Shown here in pieces: positions 11,620 to 20,988 of a stretch of DNA of 64,000 nt. The DNA comes from an uncultured Verrucomicrobiae bacterium (GTDB lineage Bacteria; Verrucomicrobiota; Verrucomicrobiia; Chthoniobacterales; JAFAMB01). The stretch is from positions 3,424,001-3,488,000 of the forward strand of contig CAWIPH010000002.1 in NCBI GenBank assembly GCA_963837955.1, in the 5' to 3' direction. A model generated the notes under the pieces. That model was not told the DNA's origin, made no database searches, and saw only the letters and a program-made list of their open reading frames with translations. Numbering within the stretch: position 1 is the first letter of the stretch; each line of letters begins with the position of its first letter. The position numbers and the translations under genes are program-made.

Positions 11620-12066
11620 CTAATTCGCCCTGGTCCAAATGTAATTTCGGCCCATTAATGCGATACCAATATACCCACGGACCTTGATCCTGTCTGGTCC
11701 CTGCAGTTCCATAAAACAGGAATAGGTTTTGCCGCTCTTCGGGTCGTAAACCGTCCCGTTCTCCCAGCGAGTGTCGCTTTTTTTTGTAAAGCCAGATATG
11801 AACACAAGCCCGATGATTGGATAGTTGCGTTTCTTTGGATCTGGATTGTAAATATCGGTCTTCTCTTTTCCCTCACTCGTCTTCGGCTCGCTCAAAGCCA
11901 CGATCCTGGCACTAAGTTTGCCTTCACTTTCGAACATCTCAAAGGTGGCGTCTTGGCCCTTCCAGAATCCAATCGGGGATGCAGGATCGGTTGCGTGAAC
12001 TGCGGTCGCTCCAAACCAGCAGGTGACCAGCACCAAGAGCGGATAGGGAAGTCGGGAGGTATTCAT
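11620..12066 (-). CDS. DUF2147 family secreted protein
   Basis: Signal peptide, SPIGFW, DIYNPDP, WENGTVYDPKSGKTY, KVRGYIG...GRNYIWTR. Confidence 0.9.
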   Translation of the reverse strand: MNTSRLPYPLLVLVTCWFGATAVHATDPASPIGFWKGQDATFEMFESEGKLSARIVALSEPKTSEGKEKTDIYNPDPKKRNYPIIGLVFISGFTKKSDTRWENGTVYDPKSGKTYSCFMELQGPDRIKVRGYIGIALMGRNYIWTRAN

Positions 12067-12196
12067 AGGTTCACGCTCCCAGTTCGGGCCGAGCAGTTCC
12101 GGATTACTCCGGCGAGTCACTGGCCCGTTGCTGGTTTCAATCTAGAGCATCCTCCCAATTTGCCGTCACGAGAGGATCGGCTAACTACCGTGACGA

Positions 12197-12268
12197 AGTC
12201 TCGTTCGGATCGATTAGTTTCTCTCATACTCTTCGCGACGCGTTACCGTTGTTTTTGAGTATGACGAC
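12197..12268 (-). promoter_or_regulatory. Repeated element, copy B
   Basis: Minus strand: gtcgtcATACtcaaaaaCAACggtaacgCGTCgcgaagaGTATGAGAGAAACTaatcGATCCG; upstream of DUF2147. Confidence 0.75.
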
Positions 12269-12335
12269 TGATGTTCTTTCAACCCGCAGACTGCTCCTCG
12301 CGGCTACGAACATTTCCCTTTCATTGGTCAAGACC

Positions 12336-13178
12336 TCAACCGGCATTGTTGTGCCGCCTTCCTGATCCAACCGATGCCGTTTCGGGAATAGGTCGGATGT
12401 ATTGTTGAAACGTTAGCCAGTCAACGCGAGTCTTGTCCCATTCCTGGAGAGCGAGGCCATACGATTCAAACACCTCGCGGATCTGGGCCGAATTCAATTT
12501 CAGAATATCTTCGAGGATCGGTACCAGAACACTGAGTGCGCTATCGCTGAGCACTGTCCGTTTGGCGATGCGGCCAAGAAACTTGGCCTCGGAGACAGCG
12601 ATAGTATAGCCCTCCCGACTGTTCACATGCAGCATCACGAATAGGTCCGAACTGCCGTCGCCCATATAGATCGTATGATCTGGCGTCATCTGCAGCTTGG
12701 TTTCCAGTTCCTGCAGTACAGCAATTTTGCCATAGCCCGCGGAAACGCGTTTGACGGCAGAAATTTCGCCAGTCGAAGAATCGTATTCGAGCTGTGTGCC
12801 AAAGATGCGATCCGCTGGGACAATCCCTTCGAGAGCCGACTGAACGACATCTTGGGGGGAAGCCGAGATTACATAAAACGGAAAACTATAGCCGGCGAGA
12901 CCCTTTTCGAAGAACTCCGCCAACAGATCGACGTTATTTTTCAGACGGACATGCTTGCCAGCCTCAATCAGATGTTCTCTGCGCACGGTGCGGAATTCCG
13001 GGTCGTGCCTTAGCAGGTAGGCAAGCTCAGCGCCCTGCTGGACCAGATTGGCCTTCGCGAGTCCGGCCACCTTCTCCTGGAATGTAGAGACGCCCACAAC
13101 CTCGCTCAGCACAATCCCTGAATCGTTAAAGCTCAGCGTCTGATCAAAGTCGCTTGCCACCAGATATCGTTTCGTCAT
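12336..13178 (-). CDS. HAD-superfamily hydrolase (phosphoserine phosphatase-like)
   Basis: ASDFDQT motif I, ISAS motif [14 protein letters not shown] motif IV. Confidence 0.88.
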   Translation of the reverse strand: MTKRYLVASDFDQTLSFNDSGIVLSEVVGVSTFQEKVAGLAKANLVQQGAELAYLLRHDPEFRTVRREHLIEAGKHVRLKNNVDLLAEFFEKGLAGYSFPFYVISASPQDVVQSALEGIVPADRIFGTQLEYDSSTGEISAVKRVSAGYGKIAVLQELETKLQMTPDHTIYMGDGSSDLFVMLHVNSREGYTIAVSEAKFLGRIAKRTVLSDSALSVLVPILEDILKLNSAQIREVFESYGLALQEWDKTRVDWLTFQQYIRPIPETASVGSGRRHNNAG

Positions 13179-13209
13179 CTCTGAACCGTTTATCATAACT
13201 TGTTCCGGC

Positions 13210-13282
13210 ATTCTCACCCCGGATCGATAAGCTTCTCCCATACATTGCTCGAAGAGTTACAATTGCCTTCGGGTATAACAAG
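13210..13282 (-). promoter_or_regulatory. Repeated element, copy C
   Basis: Minus strand: gttATACccgaaggCAATtgtaactCTTCgagcaatGTATGGGAGAAGCTtatcGATCCGGGGTGAGAAT; upstream of the HAD gene. Confidence 0.75.
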
Positions 13283-13388
13283 CGAGAGAAAGGAACCAGG
13301 TGTTTTTGAGACACAGGCACTATCAAACAATATTCGTTCACGCCGGGAGCCGCTGTTTCAAAGTCTTCCTTCGTTCTTCTCGTCATGC

Positions 13389-13460
13389 GTCGTCATACTC
13401 AAAGGCGACAGTAACGCGTCTATAAGAGTATGGGAGAACCTAATGAAGCCCAGCGAGATT
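13389..13460 (+). promoter_or_regulatory. Repeated element, copy D (back to back with copy C)
   Basis: gtcgtcATACtcaaaggCGACagtaacgCGTCtataagaGTATGGGAGAACCT; upstream of the secreted protein at 13569. Confidence 0.75.
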
Positions 13461-13568
13461 CCTGACGTTAGTTACATGGCTTCTTTTACGGCGACAGAAT
13501 GGCACGGCCTTTAGGGTTGAGAAGCGGCCGGTGACCTGCCGGAGCCATTAGCATAGAGACAAAGGAGC

Positions 13569-14027
13569 GTGATGCGAAAGGTTGTTACTTTAGCCATAGC
13601 GATTAATGCCGGTCTCTGCTTCGTCACGATCGCACAAGCGGATGAACTTCGATTTACTGCCTTGCCGCAGACGGTGCAAAGTACTGTACTTCGCGAGACG
13701 CGGATGCCGGATGCATCAAGTGTCACCCGAATTGTCCGGGACAGTAGCGGAATCTATGTTGTTACGGTGCGAGGCATAACGGGCGAACAGGTGGTCTACG
13801 TGAATGAGGCCGGCCTCATCGTGCAGGCACCGGCAACCATTACAACGGTTCAAAAGTCAGGCGAGACGGTTCTATCGGCGATCGAGTCCACGCTGACAGT
13901 AGTGACGTATGACCAAGTCCGACAAAACGTGTCGCGATACCAACTGCTTGAGAAAAGGGGCACGAACGAAGTGTATTGGGACAACCGGACCGGACAGCAG
14001 GTGATGGTTAAACGCGAGAACAACTAA
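13569..14027 (+). CDS. Secreted hypothetical protein (PepSY-like LPxTVQ motif), paralog 1
   Basis: AAGGAG RBS and signal peptide ending AQA; highly similar to 20989..21447. Confidence 0.8.
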   Translation: MMRKVVTLAIAINAGLCFVTIAQADELRFTALPQTVQSTVLRETRMPDASSVTRIVRDSSGIYVVTVRGITGEQVVYVNEAGLIVQAPATITTVQKSGETVLSAIESTLTVVTYDQVRQNVSRYQLLEKRGTNEVYWDNRTGQQVMVKRENN

Positions 14028-14142
14028 GCCGTCCACGTTACGCTTCCGCCCACGCGGAGACTGTGGCTGGAGGACCCGGCGCCACCGGTTGAGATCAACC
14101 CGCTGGCCGTACATCGATGGAAACATCTTAAAGAAGGCAATT

Positions 14143-14481
14143 ATGAAGAGAACAAACGATATCCTAGAAACAGCAGACACCCTGAGCAACCACCTGATGG
14201 CTGCTGTGGAAGATAAAAAAGCGGAAGCGGATGAAATTGGTTGCGCAGCGCAAAACACGCTAAGCGACGGGCAGGGAGAGGCCGAGACCGCACAGATCGG
14301 CTCCGAATCAAAAGCAAAGACTTTGCGATCCAAGGGTGCGTATGGGCGTAGACAATCGTTATCGACAATGCTGCTGACGTTGGTGGCAGTTCTCTTGGTG
14401 GGTCTGCTCTTTTTCTTTGCGCGGGTGGTATCCTTCTTTTCAGGAAGCAGAAAATCAGGAAATCGCCAGCGGCGTCGATAG
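14143..14481 (+). CDS. Hypothetical protein with a C-terminal membrane anchor
   Basis: Charged helical N-terminus, hydrophobic LLTLVAVLLVGLLFFF, basic tail. Confidence 0.55.
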   Translation: MKRTNDILETADTLSNHLMAAVEDKKAEADEIGCAAQNTLSDGQGEAETAQIGSESKAKTLRSKGAYGRRQSLSTMLLTLVAVLLVGLLFFFARVVSFFSGSRKSGNRQRRR

Positions 14482-14540
14482 CCTGATCAGGGAAGACGAA
14501 AATTGTCTCCGATCAACCCAGGCGTATACTTCCGTGCGGC

Positions 14541-14753
14541 TCATTGTATGTCCTTAGGCCTTCTCTTCAGCGACATAGTGAGAAGGATTCCAAGCGCGAA
14601 TCCGGCCGCGGAGGCGATGAAAAGCAGAACGGCGTGAGGCATGACGACTGTTGCAAATAGCAGGTGCGTTTCTACGGGCTCCCTGTTCTGGACGACGAGG
14701 ATTGCTACCAAAATGACTAAGACCGAAGTCGTGATGAGTTTAAAGTTGCGCAT
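14541..14753 (-). CDS. LapA (DUF1049) family small membrane protein
   Basis: Two TM helices flanking the VQNREPV motif. Confidence 0.75.
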   Translation of the reverse strand: MRNFKLITTSVLVILVAILVVQNREPVETHLLFATVVMPHAVLLFIASAAGFALGILLTMSLKRRPKDIQ

Positions 14754-14993
14754 AAGGCTATAATTGACGATTCGAGGTTACCCCACCAAACGGAAAAAAC
14801 TGTACGCTTCTCTATTGATTCCCGTGTGGCAGATCGAACCGTCCGCTACTGACGATACTGGGCTAGCAACAAGTCGCCAGACACAAAGTTGACTTGTGGA
14901 AGCTCAAGAAACCCCGGGCGGCAGCCTGGAGGTTACCCACGGCCTTATCGATCAGTATTCAAATCTGCTAACGGCTTCCTTCCGATGCTCGAC

Positions 14994-15065
14994 TTTGCCA
15001 TACGCAAAAGCGACAGCAACACTTCGGGAAGGGTATTGGAGAAGCTTACGGATCCGGGCGAGAAT
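14994..15065 (+). promoter_or_regulatory. Repeated element, copy E
   Basis: tttgccATACgcaaaagCGACagcaacaCTTCgggaaggGTATTGGAGAAGCTtacgGATCCGGGCGAGAAT; upstream of a lmo0937-family gene. Confidence 0.78.
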
Positions 15066-15137
15066 CATGGTGCCGGATAACGGATAACTCGGACAAACCC
15101 CAGGACTCACTTCAACTAATCGAAAGAATCAAAAACT

Positions 15138-15287
15138 ATGCTTTGGACAATAGCCATTGTTCTCATCGTGCTCTGGGCTTTAGGCCTATTCACTCACGTC
15201 GCAGCAGGCGGATTGATTCACTTACTCTTAGTCGTTGCCGTCATCGTGATCGTGGTCAACGTGATCCGCCGCGGTCGAATAGGGTGA
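15138..15287 (+). CDS. lmo0937-family small membrane protein (49 aa, not in ORF track)
   Basis: MLWTIAIVLIVLWALGLFTHVAAGGLIHLLLVVAVIVIVVNVIRRGRIG, with the family's W..G....GGLIH.LLV pattern. Confidence 0.9.
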   Translation: MLWTIAIVLIVLWALGLFTHVAAGGLIHLLLVVAVIVIVVNVIRRGRIG

Positions 15288-15483
15288 CAGATTGGAATTG
15301 CGCGCGCTTCCGGCGCTGTAAAGACTATATCCGGACCGAGATGTAGTAGATTGGATTAGGGTTGCACCCGTCGACAGCTACGATTGAAAGGCTTTTCTTT
15401 CTGAGCGATCCATGCTCTCCAACCGCCTCGCGACTTGTGAGCAACGTTTGTGTGAATTGATGACTTAGGAAAGCGGTGAGAGT

Positions 15484-15957
15484 ATGGAACCAAGCTCAGC
15501 TGAAAAGATAGTATGGCCAGCTGTCCATTTGGAAACAATTCTCGTGCCGACAGATCTGCGACCTGATTCGAGAGTCGCGCTCAGTTTTGCGCTAGCGCTT
15601 GCGCAAAAGTTCGAAGCTAATCTGGTGCTTTTGCATGTATTTGCGGAGTCCTATTCTTCCGATACAGAGATTGGTGCAGGGGCAGGTAAATTACTGGATG
15701 CAACGAGAGAAGACGCAGAGCGTGAGATTGCCCGTTTGGAAGAGCTATTGCGTGGTCAGTATTCCAAGTGCCGAACCGCCTTCAGAATTGGTAGTCCATT
15801 TGAACAGATCGTGAACGAAGCCGCAGAACTAAACGCTAGTCTGATCGTGATGGCCTCGCATTGTTACGGTTGGTTTGATCACCTAATCCACGGGAGCGAT
15901 GCCGAGCGAGTGCTTCGTCAGGCTCCCTGTCCGGTGCTGATCGCCAGGGATGCCTAG
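15484..15957 (+). CDS. Universal stress protein
   Basis: ILVPTD, LLHV, LIVMASH, GSDAERVLRQAPCPVL. Confidence 0.93.
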   Translation: MEPSSAEKIVWPAVHLETILVPTDLRPDSRVALSFALALAQKFEANLVLLHVFAESYSSDTEIGAGAGKLLDATREDAEREIARLEELLRGQYSKCRTAFRIGSPFEQIVNEAAELNASLIVMASHCYGWFDHLIHGSDAERVLRQAPCPVLIARDA

Positions 15958-16189
15958 TCGGAGCAGTTTTCGCTGCCAGTATCCAGCGCCGCCGATGCGC
16001 CTTCGTTACATCTGGGGTGCCCTGGCTTTGAGGATGCGCATATCCCTAACATGTGGTCCGCGACGAAGTCTCTCGCCTGCGGCGGGGCGGCGCGATGCGC
16101 AATTGGGTTTCGCCCTATCGTGATCGGTCGGGCGATCCTCCAATTTAAAACACAGATTTACTGAGCCGCGATCACTGATCATCGATTAC

Positions 16190-16771
16190 TCAGATTTTAT
16201 TCTGGATCGGCACCAACCGGTTCAACAGTTTCTTCTGAGCCAGATGTAACCGGGTTTTCACAGTGCCCACAGCAATAGATTTTTGTGCAGCGATTTCGCG
16301 CTGACTCATGCCTTTGAAAAATGTTAGCTGCACCACCTCTTGTTGCGGCTCCGGCAGCAAACGGATCATTCTGGAAAGGAGCTCGAACAAATCGAAATTG
16401 GTCGGCCTCACTCCGGGCCCTCGTATTGTATCATTAAATTCTGCCCTCATCTGCGTTTCCAATCGGTCAGTCGCGCGCCGGTAAACCAGACGGTGGCGCA
16501 AACGATCGAGCGCTCTGCGCCTCGCCAAAGTGACTAGAAATCCGTGCAATCCTTTTTCTGCAACAATTCGATCCGCACGGTTCCAGAGTTGGATAAAGAC
16601 GTCATGCAAGACATCGTCGGTCTCACCTTCTTCGTGTAGGACACTTAGAATCACTGACCGTAGCGTCGATTCGTAGCGTTGATAAATTGCTGCCATGGCA
16701 TCCGCATCTCGGCGGACGACCGCTTCCATCAACGCAACGTCTGTCGGTCTCTCTGCGTTTATTTTTTCCAT
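16190..16771 (-). CDS. ECF sigma-70 factor (SigK-like)
   Basis: Region 2 DVLHDVFIQLW...ARRRALDRLR; region 4 LPEPQQEVV...GMSQREIA...GTVKTRL. Confidence 0.9.
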   Translation of the reverse strand: MEKINAERPTDVALMEAVVRRDADAMAAIYQRYESTLRSVILSVLHEEGETDDVLHDVFIQLWNRADRIVAEKGLHGFLVTLARRRALDRLRHRLVYRRATDRLETQMRAEFNDTIRGPGVRPTNFDLFELLSRMIRLLPEPQQEVVQLTFFKGMSQREIAAQKSIAVGTVKTRLHLAQKKLLNRLVPIQNKI

Positions 16772-17166
16772 TAAATGTTCTCCAAGTAGATTTACTTCCT
16801 AAGCCTAACCCAGGGCGGCTTTCCGAAAATCGGGTGCGTCCATGATCAAAACCGCCCAGCCTCCTTGGACTTGCGTAAACCGGTGCTCCTTCGATCCTGA
16901 TCGCTGGACATATGGAGCAAGCACGAATTGTGAAGATGAACGGAGGCTCGTTTGACGGTGAAACCAAAGAGGTTTCGATTGAACATGTGACAGAATGATT
17001 CAGTAAATATTCGGACCAAGAGGCGATCCACAGACCCAATTTGTACGGCAAGTAGCAATTCATCGAGAGTGTGTGCCGAAAAAGGCATCATAGACGGCTT
17101 GCGGAACCTTAAGTGCAAGTCGTCTCCCATTGGTTCAGAATGAAGACGCGTCCGGAGGCTTTTCGT

Positions 17167-17253
17167 TTACCTGCGTCGCGAATACCAATAACCGCCCCCA
17201 CCGCCAAATAGGACTAGCAGGACGATGATAATAACTAATGTTTCGATGCTCAT
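17167..17253 (-). CDS. 28-aa single-TM microprotein with a GGGGGYW tail (DUF3309-like; not in ORF track)
   Basis: MSIETLVIIIVLLVLFGGGGGYWYSRRR; directly downstream of element F. Confidence 0.75.
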   Translation of the reverse strand: MSIETLVIIIVLLVLFGGGGGYWYSRRR

Positions 17254-17261
17254 TGTTAATA

Positions 17262-17333
17262 AGTTTAGCCCTCTTTAGTCAGCTTCTCCCATACTTTTCT
17301 CCACGGATTAGCGTTGCCTTTAGGTATAACGAA
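17262..17333 (-). promoter_or_regulatory. Repeated element, copy F
   Basis: Minus strand: ttcgttATACctaaaggCAACgctaatcCGTGgagaaaaGTATGGGAGAAGCT. Confidence 0.7.
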
Positions 17334-17614
17334 GGATGGTCGAAGCAGAATCGCAGGCCTTCGGCGGTGCGGTCGCGGATCTCCTCACCAAGCTCACCAT
17401 ATCCGCAAGCAACTACAACGCTTCAAAAGAAGTCTTGGAGAAGTTTAAGCGTTCGTGCGAAAAGAATCCCAAGAAACGTTACTCGCGCAATTTCCTTCTC
17501 CTCTCCGAAGGGCCGATTTGTCGCCATCGCTCGGTCTAGGCTTTAGCTCGATTCTAGGGTGCAGTTTGCTGCACACGTGACTATTAAAAATCGGATCTAA
17601 CAATCTTAATTACA

Positions 17615-17842
17615 ATGAAACGCCTCTTAATTCTTAATATAGTTACTGTCGTGTTCGGCGCATTAGCTACGCTATCGTGCGAGGATACATCTGGTGGGTA
17701 CCAGCACGGTTATTACAACCGGAACTACTACGACGGGAACGCCTACAATAGCGGGGAGTACAACGGACACCCCTACAACGAAGGCCGCTACTCCCGCGGA
17801 TACATCCCGTCAGACCGCCCGTCGATCGACGTGCATCTCTAG
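17615..17842 (+). CDS. Small Tyr/Gly/Asn-rich lipoprotein
   Basis: Signal peptide with LSC lipobox-like site; low-complexity YxxG/YN mature region. Confidence 0.7.
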   Translation: MKRLLILNIVTVVFGALATLSCEDTSGGYQHGYYNRNYYDGNAYNSGEYNGHPYNEGRYSRGYIPSDRPSIDVHL

Positions 17843-18139
17843 AGGCCTATCGGCGAGTGAGTTCCGAGCATCTGGTAGTAAAAGCTTTCTTTAGCCCGAT
17901 TCGCGGACGAGCCATAGCAATCCGTAGTTCGTTCCGGATCTTGCGCTGGGTGGACCTGCTGGCCTTATCTCTCGGCGGACTCAAGGCCGCTCGGCCTTGA
18001 CCAGCGCCAGCGCACCGGACAATTAGGTCTGATGCTGACTTTGGGCACTATAGCTACACCCTTTTTCACGCCCGAGCCCACGACCTTGATGATCTGCGTG
18101 ATGCAGCGGACGTGAAATAGTTCATATCAACTTGAATCT

Positions 18140-18245
18140 TAAAACGGGCGCTAAAGCCCGGGAAGCCATCGAATTTAATTTCGCAGATCCACTCGCCCAG
18201 AGGTAACGACTCAACTAGTTTCGTGAGGCATCTTTTTTGAACGAA
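18140..18245 (-). pseudogene. N-terminal remnant of an ATP-dependent DNA ligase (LigD-like)
   Basis: KLVESLPLGEWICEIKFDGF contains ligase motif I (ExKxDG); the rest of the gene is absent. Confidence 0.6.
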
Positions 18246-18291
18246 AGAAAGAGCTTGAACGGATCGCAGCCCGAAAATTACGATCGCGGGT

Positions 18292-18438
18292 ATGCTTTGG
18301 ACTATTATCGTCATCTTGGTCGTATTGTGGCTTCTCGGCTTCTCGATTTTCCATGTCGCCGGGGGCTTAATCCACCTTCTTTTGGTGATCGCTGTGATTG
18401 TGCTGGTAATAAAGCTCGTGACAGGTCGAGGTCTCTAG
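18292..18438 (+). CDS. lmo0937-family small membrane protein, second copy (48 aa, not in ORF track)
   Basis: MLWTIIVILVVLWLLGFSIFHVAGGLIHLLLVIAVIVLVIKLVTGRGL. Confidence 0.9.
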   Translation: MLWTIIVILVVLWLLGFSIFHVAGGLIHLLLVIAVIVLVIKLVTGRGL

Positions 18439-18723
18439 GCCTGGAGCCCCAGGGATCAAAAGGCACGGGATCTAGATGTACCAGTCACTATGAGCTTCTC
18501 GATCTCACCGAAATGTTAATGGACTGGAAAGCGGCTAGTGAGCGGCATCCAGGTGGAATGTACATTGCTCGCTCCGTGGAAATCACAGCAACCGGTTTTC
18601 GGTGGGTGAACAGCTAAGAGAGATTTTGATGAACACGGTAATGGAGATGGGCTGGAGTTGATTGGTACGAAAGCAAACGGCCAAAGGCGACCGTCCAATC
18701 AGCGACCATGATCTGCGGATTTA

Positions 18724-19002
18724 TTAGCCATCGCTAAGGATGCGAACGTAAGACGCCCGCGGAATTCCTCTTGTCACATTGGCAATATCGCAGTGAAGGC
18801 GGTTGCAAATCTTGCAGAGGACCGCGAAGGTCAGGTTTCGTTCGCCCCGCTCGATTCCTCCAAGGAAACTCCTATTCAGTCCACAATCCTTGGCAAAGCC
18901 GATTTGGCTAAACCCCAGGATCTTGCGTTCGGCCTGAATCCTGCGACCCAACCTTAGGAGTTCGACGTTGTCATTTGCCATATTTGGAATCCTGCTTACC
19001 AC
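18724..19002 (-). CDS. XRE-family HTH transcriptional regulator
   Basis: LGRRIQAER...SQ...GLNRSFLGGIERGERNLT. Confidence 0.88.
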   Translation of the reverse strand: MVSRIPNMANDNVELLRLGRRIQAERKILGFSQIGFAKDCGLNRSFLGGIERGERNLTFAVLCKICNRLHCDIANVTRGIPRASYVRILSDG

Positions 19003-19107
19003 ATAGCCTACTTAGGTCAGAAACGGTTAACCCGGCCACGAGTTTACTTTGCGGTCGCCGTCTACCCTGATTTTTGGCACAAGGGCCGACCGTCTCATAG
19101 AGCTAGA

Positions 19108-19176
19108 TCGACCCGGTTCAGGAAGTTTCCCAATACTCTTTTTGAAGCGTTCCCCATTGCTTTCCGTTATGGCGAA
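19108..19176 (-). promoter_or_regulatory. Repeated element, copy G (divergent XRE/LysR intergenic region)
   Basis: Minus strand: ttcgccATAAcggaaagCAATggggaacgCTTCaaaaagaGTATTGGGAAACT (spacer one base longer); classic LTTR divergent position. Confidence 0.65.
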
Positions 19177-19275
19177 ACGTATGATCCTTAAGAGGATCTT
19201 TCTGTTGCTCGGGTGATTCAACGAATCCGGAACGAATCAATGGCCCAAACGCGGGCAGATAGACCTGAGCCGCTA

Positions 19276-20175
19276 ATGAAACTTCGCCATCTGGAATATT
19301 TTGTCGCTGCCGCTGAGGAGTTGAATTTTACCCATGCCGCCGATCGGCTGCACGTATCGCAACCCCCCTTCAGCAAACAAATCCAGGACTTGGAGGGCGA
19401 GCTAGGAGTTAACCTGTTCCAGCGAGAACGGAAAGGAGTGGCACTGACGGCAGCTGGAAAGGCGTTTTTGATTGATGCGCGAGGGATCTTGGAAGCCTGC
19501 GATCAGGCAATGAAAAAAGCCCAACGCATCAACAGAGGAGAGCTCGGAGAGTTAATTGTCGGTCATATGGCGGCGCTGACCCACGAGTTTCTAGGCCAAG
19601 CACTGGAGCTTTGGCAGAAGGTTTCGCCAGGAATCATCATCGACTGCGTAGAGATGGACCCAGAAGCGCAAGAACGCGCGTTGCTGGACGGGCGCATCGC
19701 AGTGGGCATCCTGGTGCTCAGCGATCGGCCAATCCTTGAATTGTTGAGAGTTCAGCTGCTGAAAGAGCACCCGGTCACGGTCGCGTTGCCAAAATCCCAC
19801 CCGCAAGCAGTCCGGTCGCAAATCCGTTTGCCGGTCCTCAAAGAGCAACCTTTCATTGGCTTAAATCGGATGTACCCCGCGTACGGCAATTGGCTGCAGA
19901 CCGTCTGCCAGCAATCAGGGTTCACTCCACGCATTGTAAGGGAAGCAGACGGGGCGGCAAGTGCCCTCGCTATGGTCGCGGCTGGCTTTGGCGTCGCTCT
20001 GGTCAGCCAACCGATCAAAAAGTTTCCGGCCAGACATGTTGTTTTCAGAGATTTGGTGGCACCGCAACCCGTAAGGATACCGCTCGGGGCTGTCTGGAAA
20101 AAAAACGGACTCTATTCCGGAGTCGTCTCTAAGTTCGTGGAGACCTTGACCCAAGTCTGCGCCGCGACTGTCTGA
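19276..20175 (+). CDS. LysR-family transcriptional regulator (BenM/CatM/AlsR-like)
   Basis: MKLRHLEYFVAAAEELNFTHAADRLHVSQPPFSKQIQDLE HTH; C-terminal GFTPRIV...MVAAGFGVALV effector domain. Confidence 0.95.
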   Translation: MKLRHLEYFVAAAEELNFTHAADRLHVSQPPFSKQIQDLEGELGVNLFQRERKGVALTAAGKAFLIDARGILEACDQAMKKAQRINRGELGELIVGHMAALTHEFLGQALELWQKVSPGIIIDCVEMDPEAQERALLDGRIAVGILVLSDRPILELLRVQLLKEHPVTVALPKSHPQAVRSQIRLPVLKEQPFIGLNRMYPAYGNWLQTVCQQSGFTPRIVREADGAASALAMVAAGFGVALVSQPIKKFPARHVVFRDLVAPQPVRIPLGAVWKKNGLYSGVVSKFVETLTQVCAATV

Positions 20176-20232
20176 CTGGCGCATGTCCATTGCGGTTATG
20201 GCCGCTTGAAACTTCAAATCCCACCGAGAGCA

Positions 20233-20475
20233 TTACTGGCTACTTGTCGCTCTTTGTTCTCGGGCGACATCTTCTTTTCCCTCACTTGTCTTCGGCTCGC
20301 TCAAAGCAACGATCCTGGCACTAAGTTTGCCTTCACTTTCGAACATCTCAAAGGTGGCGTCATGGCCCTTCCAGAATCCAATCGGGGATGCAGGATCGCT
20401 TGCATGAACTGCGGTCGCACCAAACCAGCAGATGACTAGCATCAGGAGCAGATAGGGAAGTCGGGAGGGATTCAT
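20233..20475 (-). pseudogene. Chimeric remnant: DUF2147 N-terminus fused in frame to the last codons of the CBS gene
   Basis: Matches 11620..12066 up to SEGKE, then ends DVAREQRATSSQ, compared with the CBS end DIVREQRATSSE. Confidence 0.85.
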
Positions 20476-20608
20476 AGGTTCGTTCTACGCTCTCAGCTCC
20501 GGCGAGCAGTCTCGGATTACTCCGACAAGTGACTGGTCGGTTGCTGGTCTCAATCTATAGCATCCTCCCAATTTGCTGTCACGAGAGGATCGGCTAACTA
20601 ACATGACG

Positions 20609-20680
20609 AGTCTCGTTCGGCCCGATGAGTTTCTGTCATACAGTGCTCGAAGACTTACCTTTGCCTTCCGGTATAGCAAA
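20609..20680 (-). promoter_or_regulatory. Repeated element, copy H (hybrid of copies C and B)
   Basis: Minus strand: gctATACcggaaggCAAAggtaagtCTTCgagcactGTATGACAGAAACT. Confidence 0.7.
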
Positions 20681-20782
20681 GCCTGGCGAGAGAGGCGTTG
20701 GGGGACACGAGCACCATCAAACAATATTCGTTCACTGCGGGAACCGCTGTTTCCAAGCCTTCCTTCGTTCTTCTCGTCACCC

Positions 20783-20854
20783 GTCGTCATACTCAAAGGC
20801 GACAGTAACGCATCGATAAGAGTATGGGAGAAGCTAATGAAGCCGGGAGAGCTT
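20783..20854 (+). promoter_or_regulatory. Repeated element, copy I
   Basis: gtcgtcATACtcaaaggCGACagtaacgCATCgataagaGTATGGGAGAAGCT; upstream of 20989. Confidence 0.75.
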
Positions 20855-20988
20855 CATGATCTTAGTTAAATCGATTCTCTTACGACGACAAAATGGAGCG
20901 GCCTCTAGAGTTAGTCCAAGAATCGGCCAGTGACCCGTCGGAACCATCAGAATTCAAAGACAAGAAAATTACATAAAGACAAAGGAAC

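Noticed and set aside
15478..15500. GTATGGAACCAAGCT resembling the element's right half at the USP start
   Set aside because: No upstream ATAC box at the expected distance; it coincides with the start codon.
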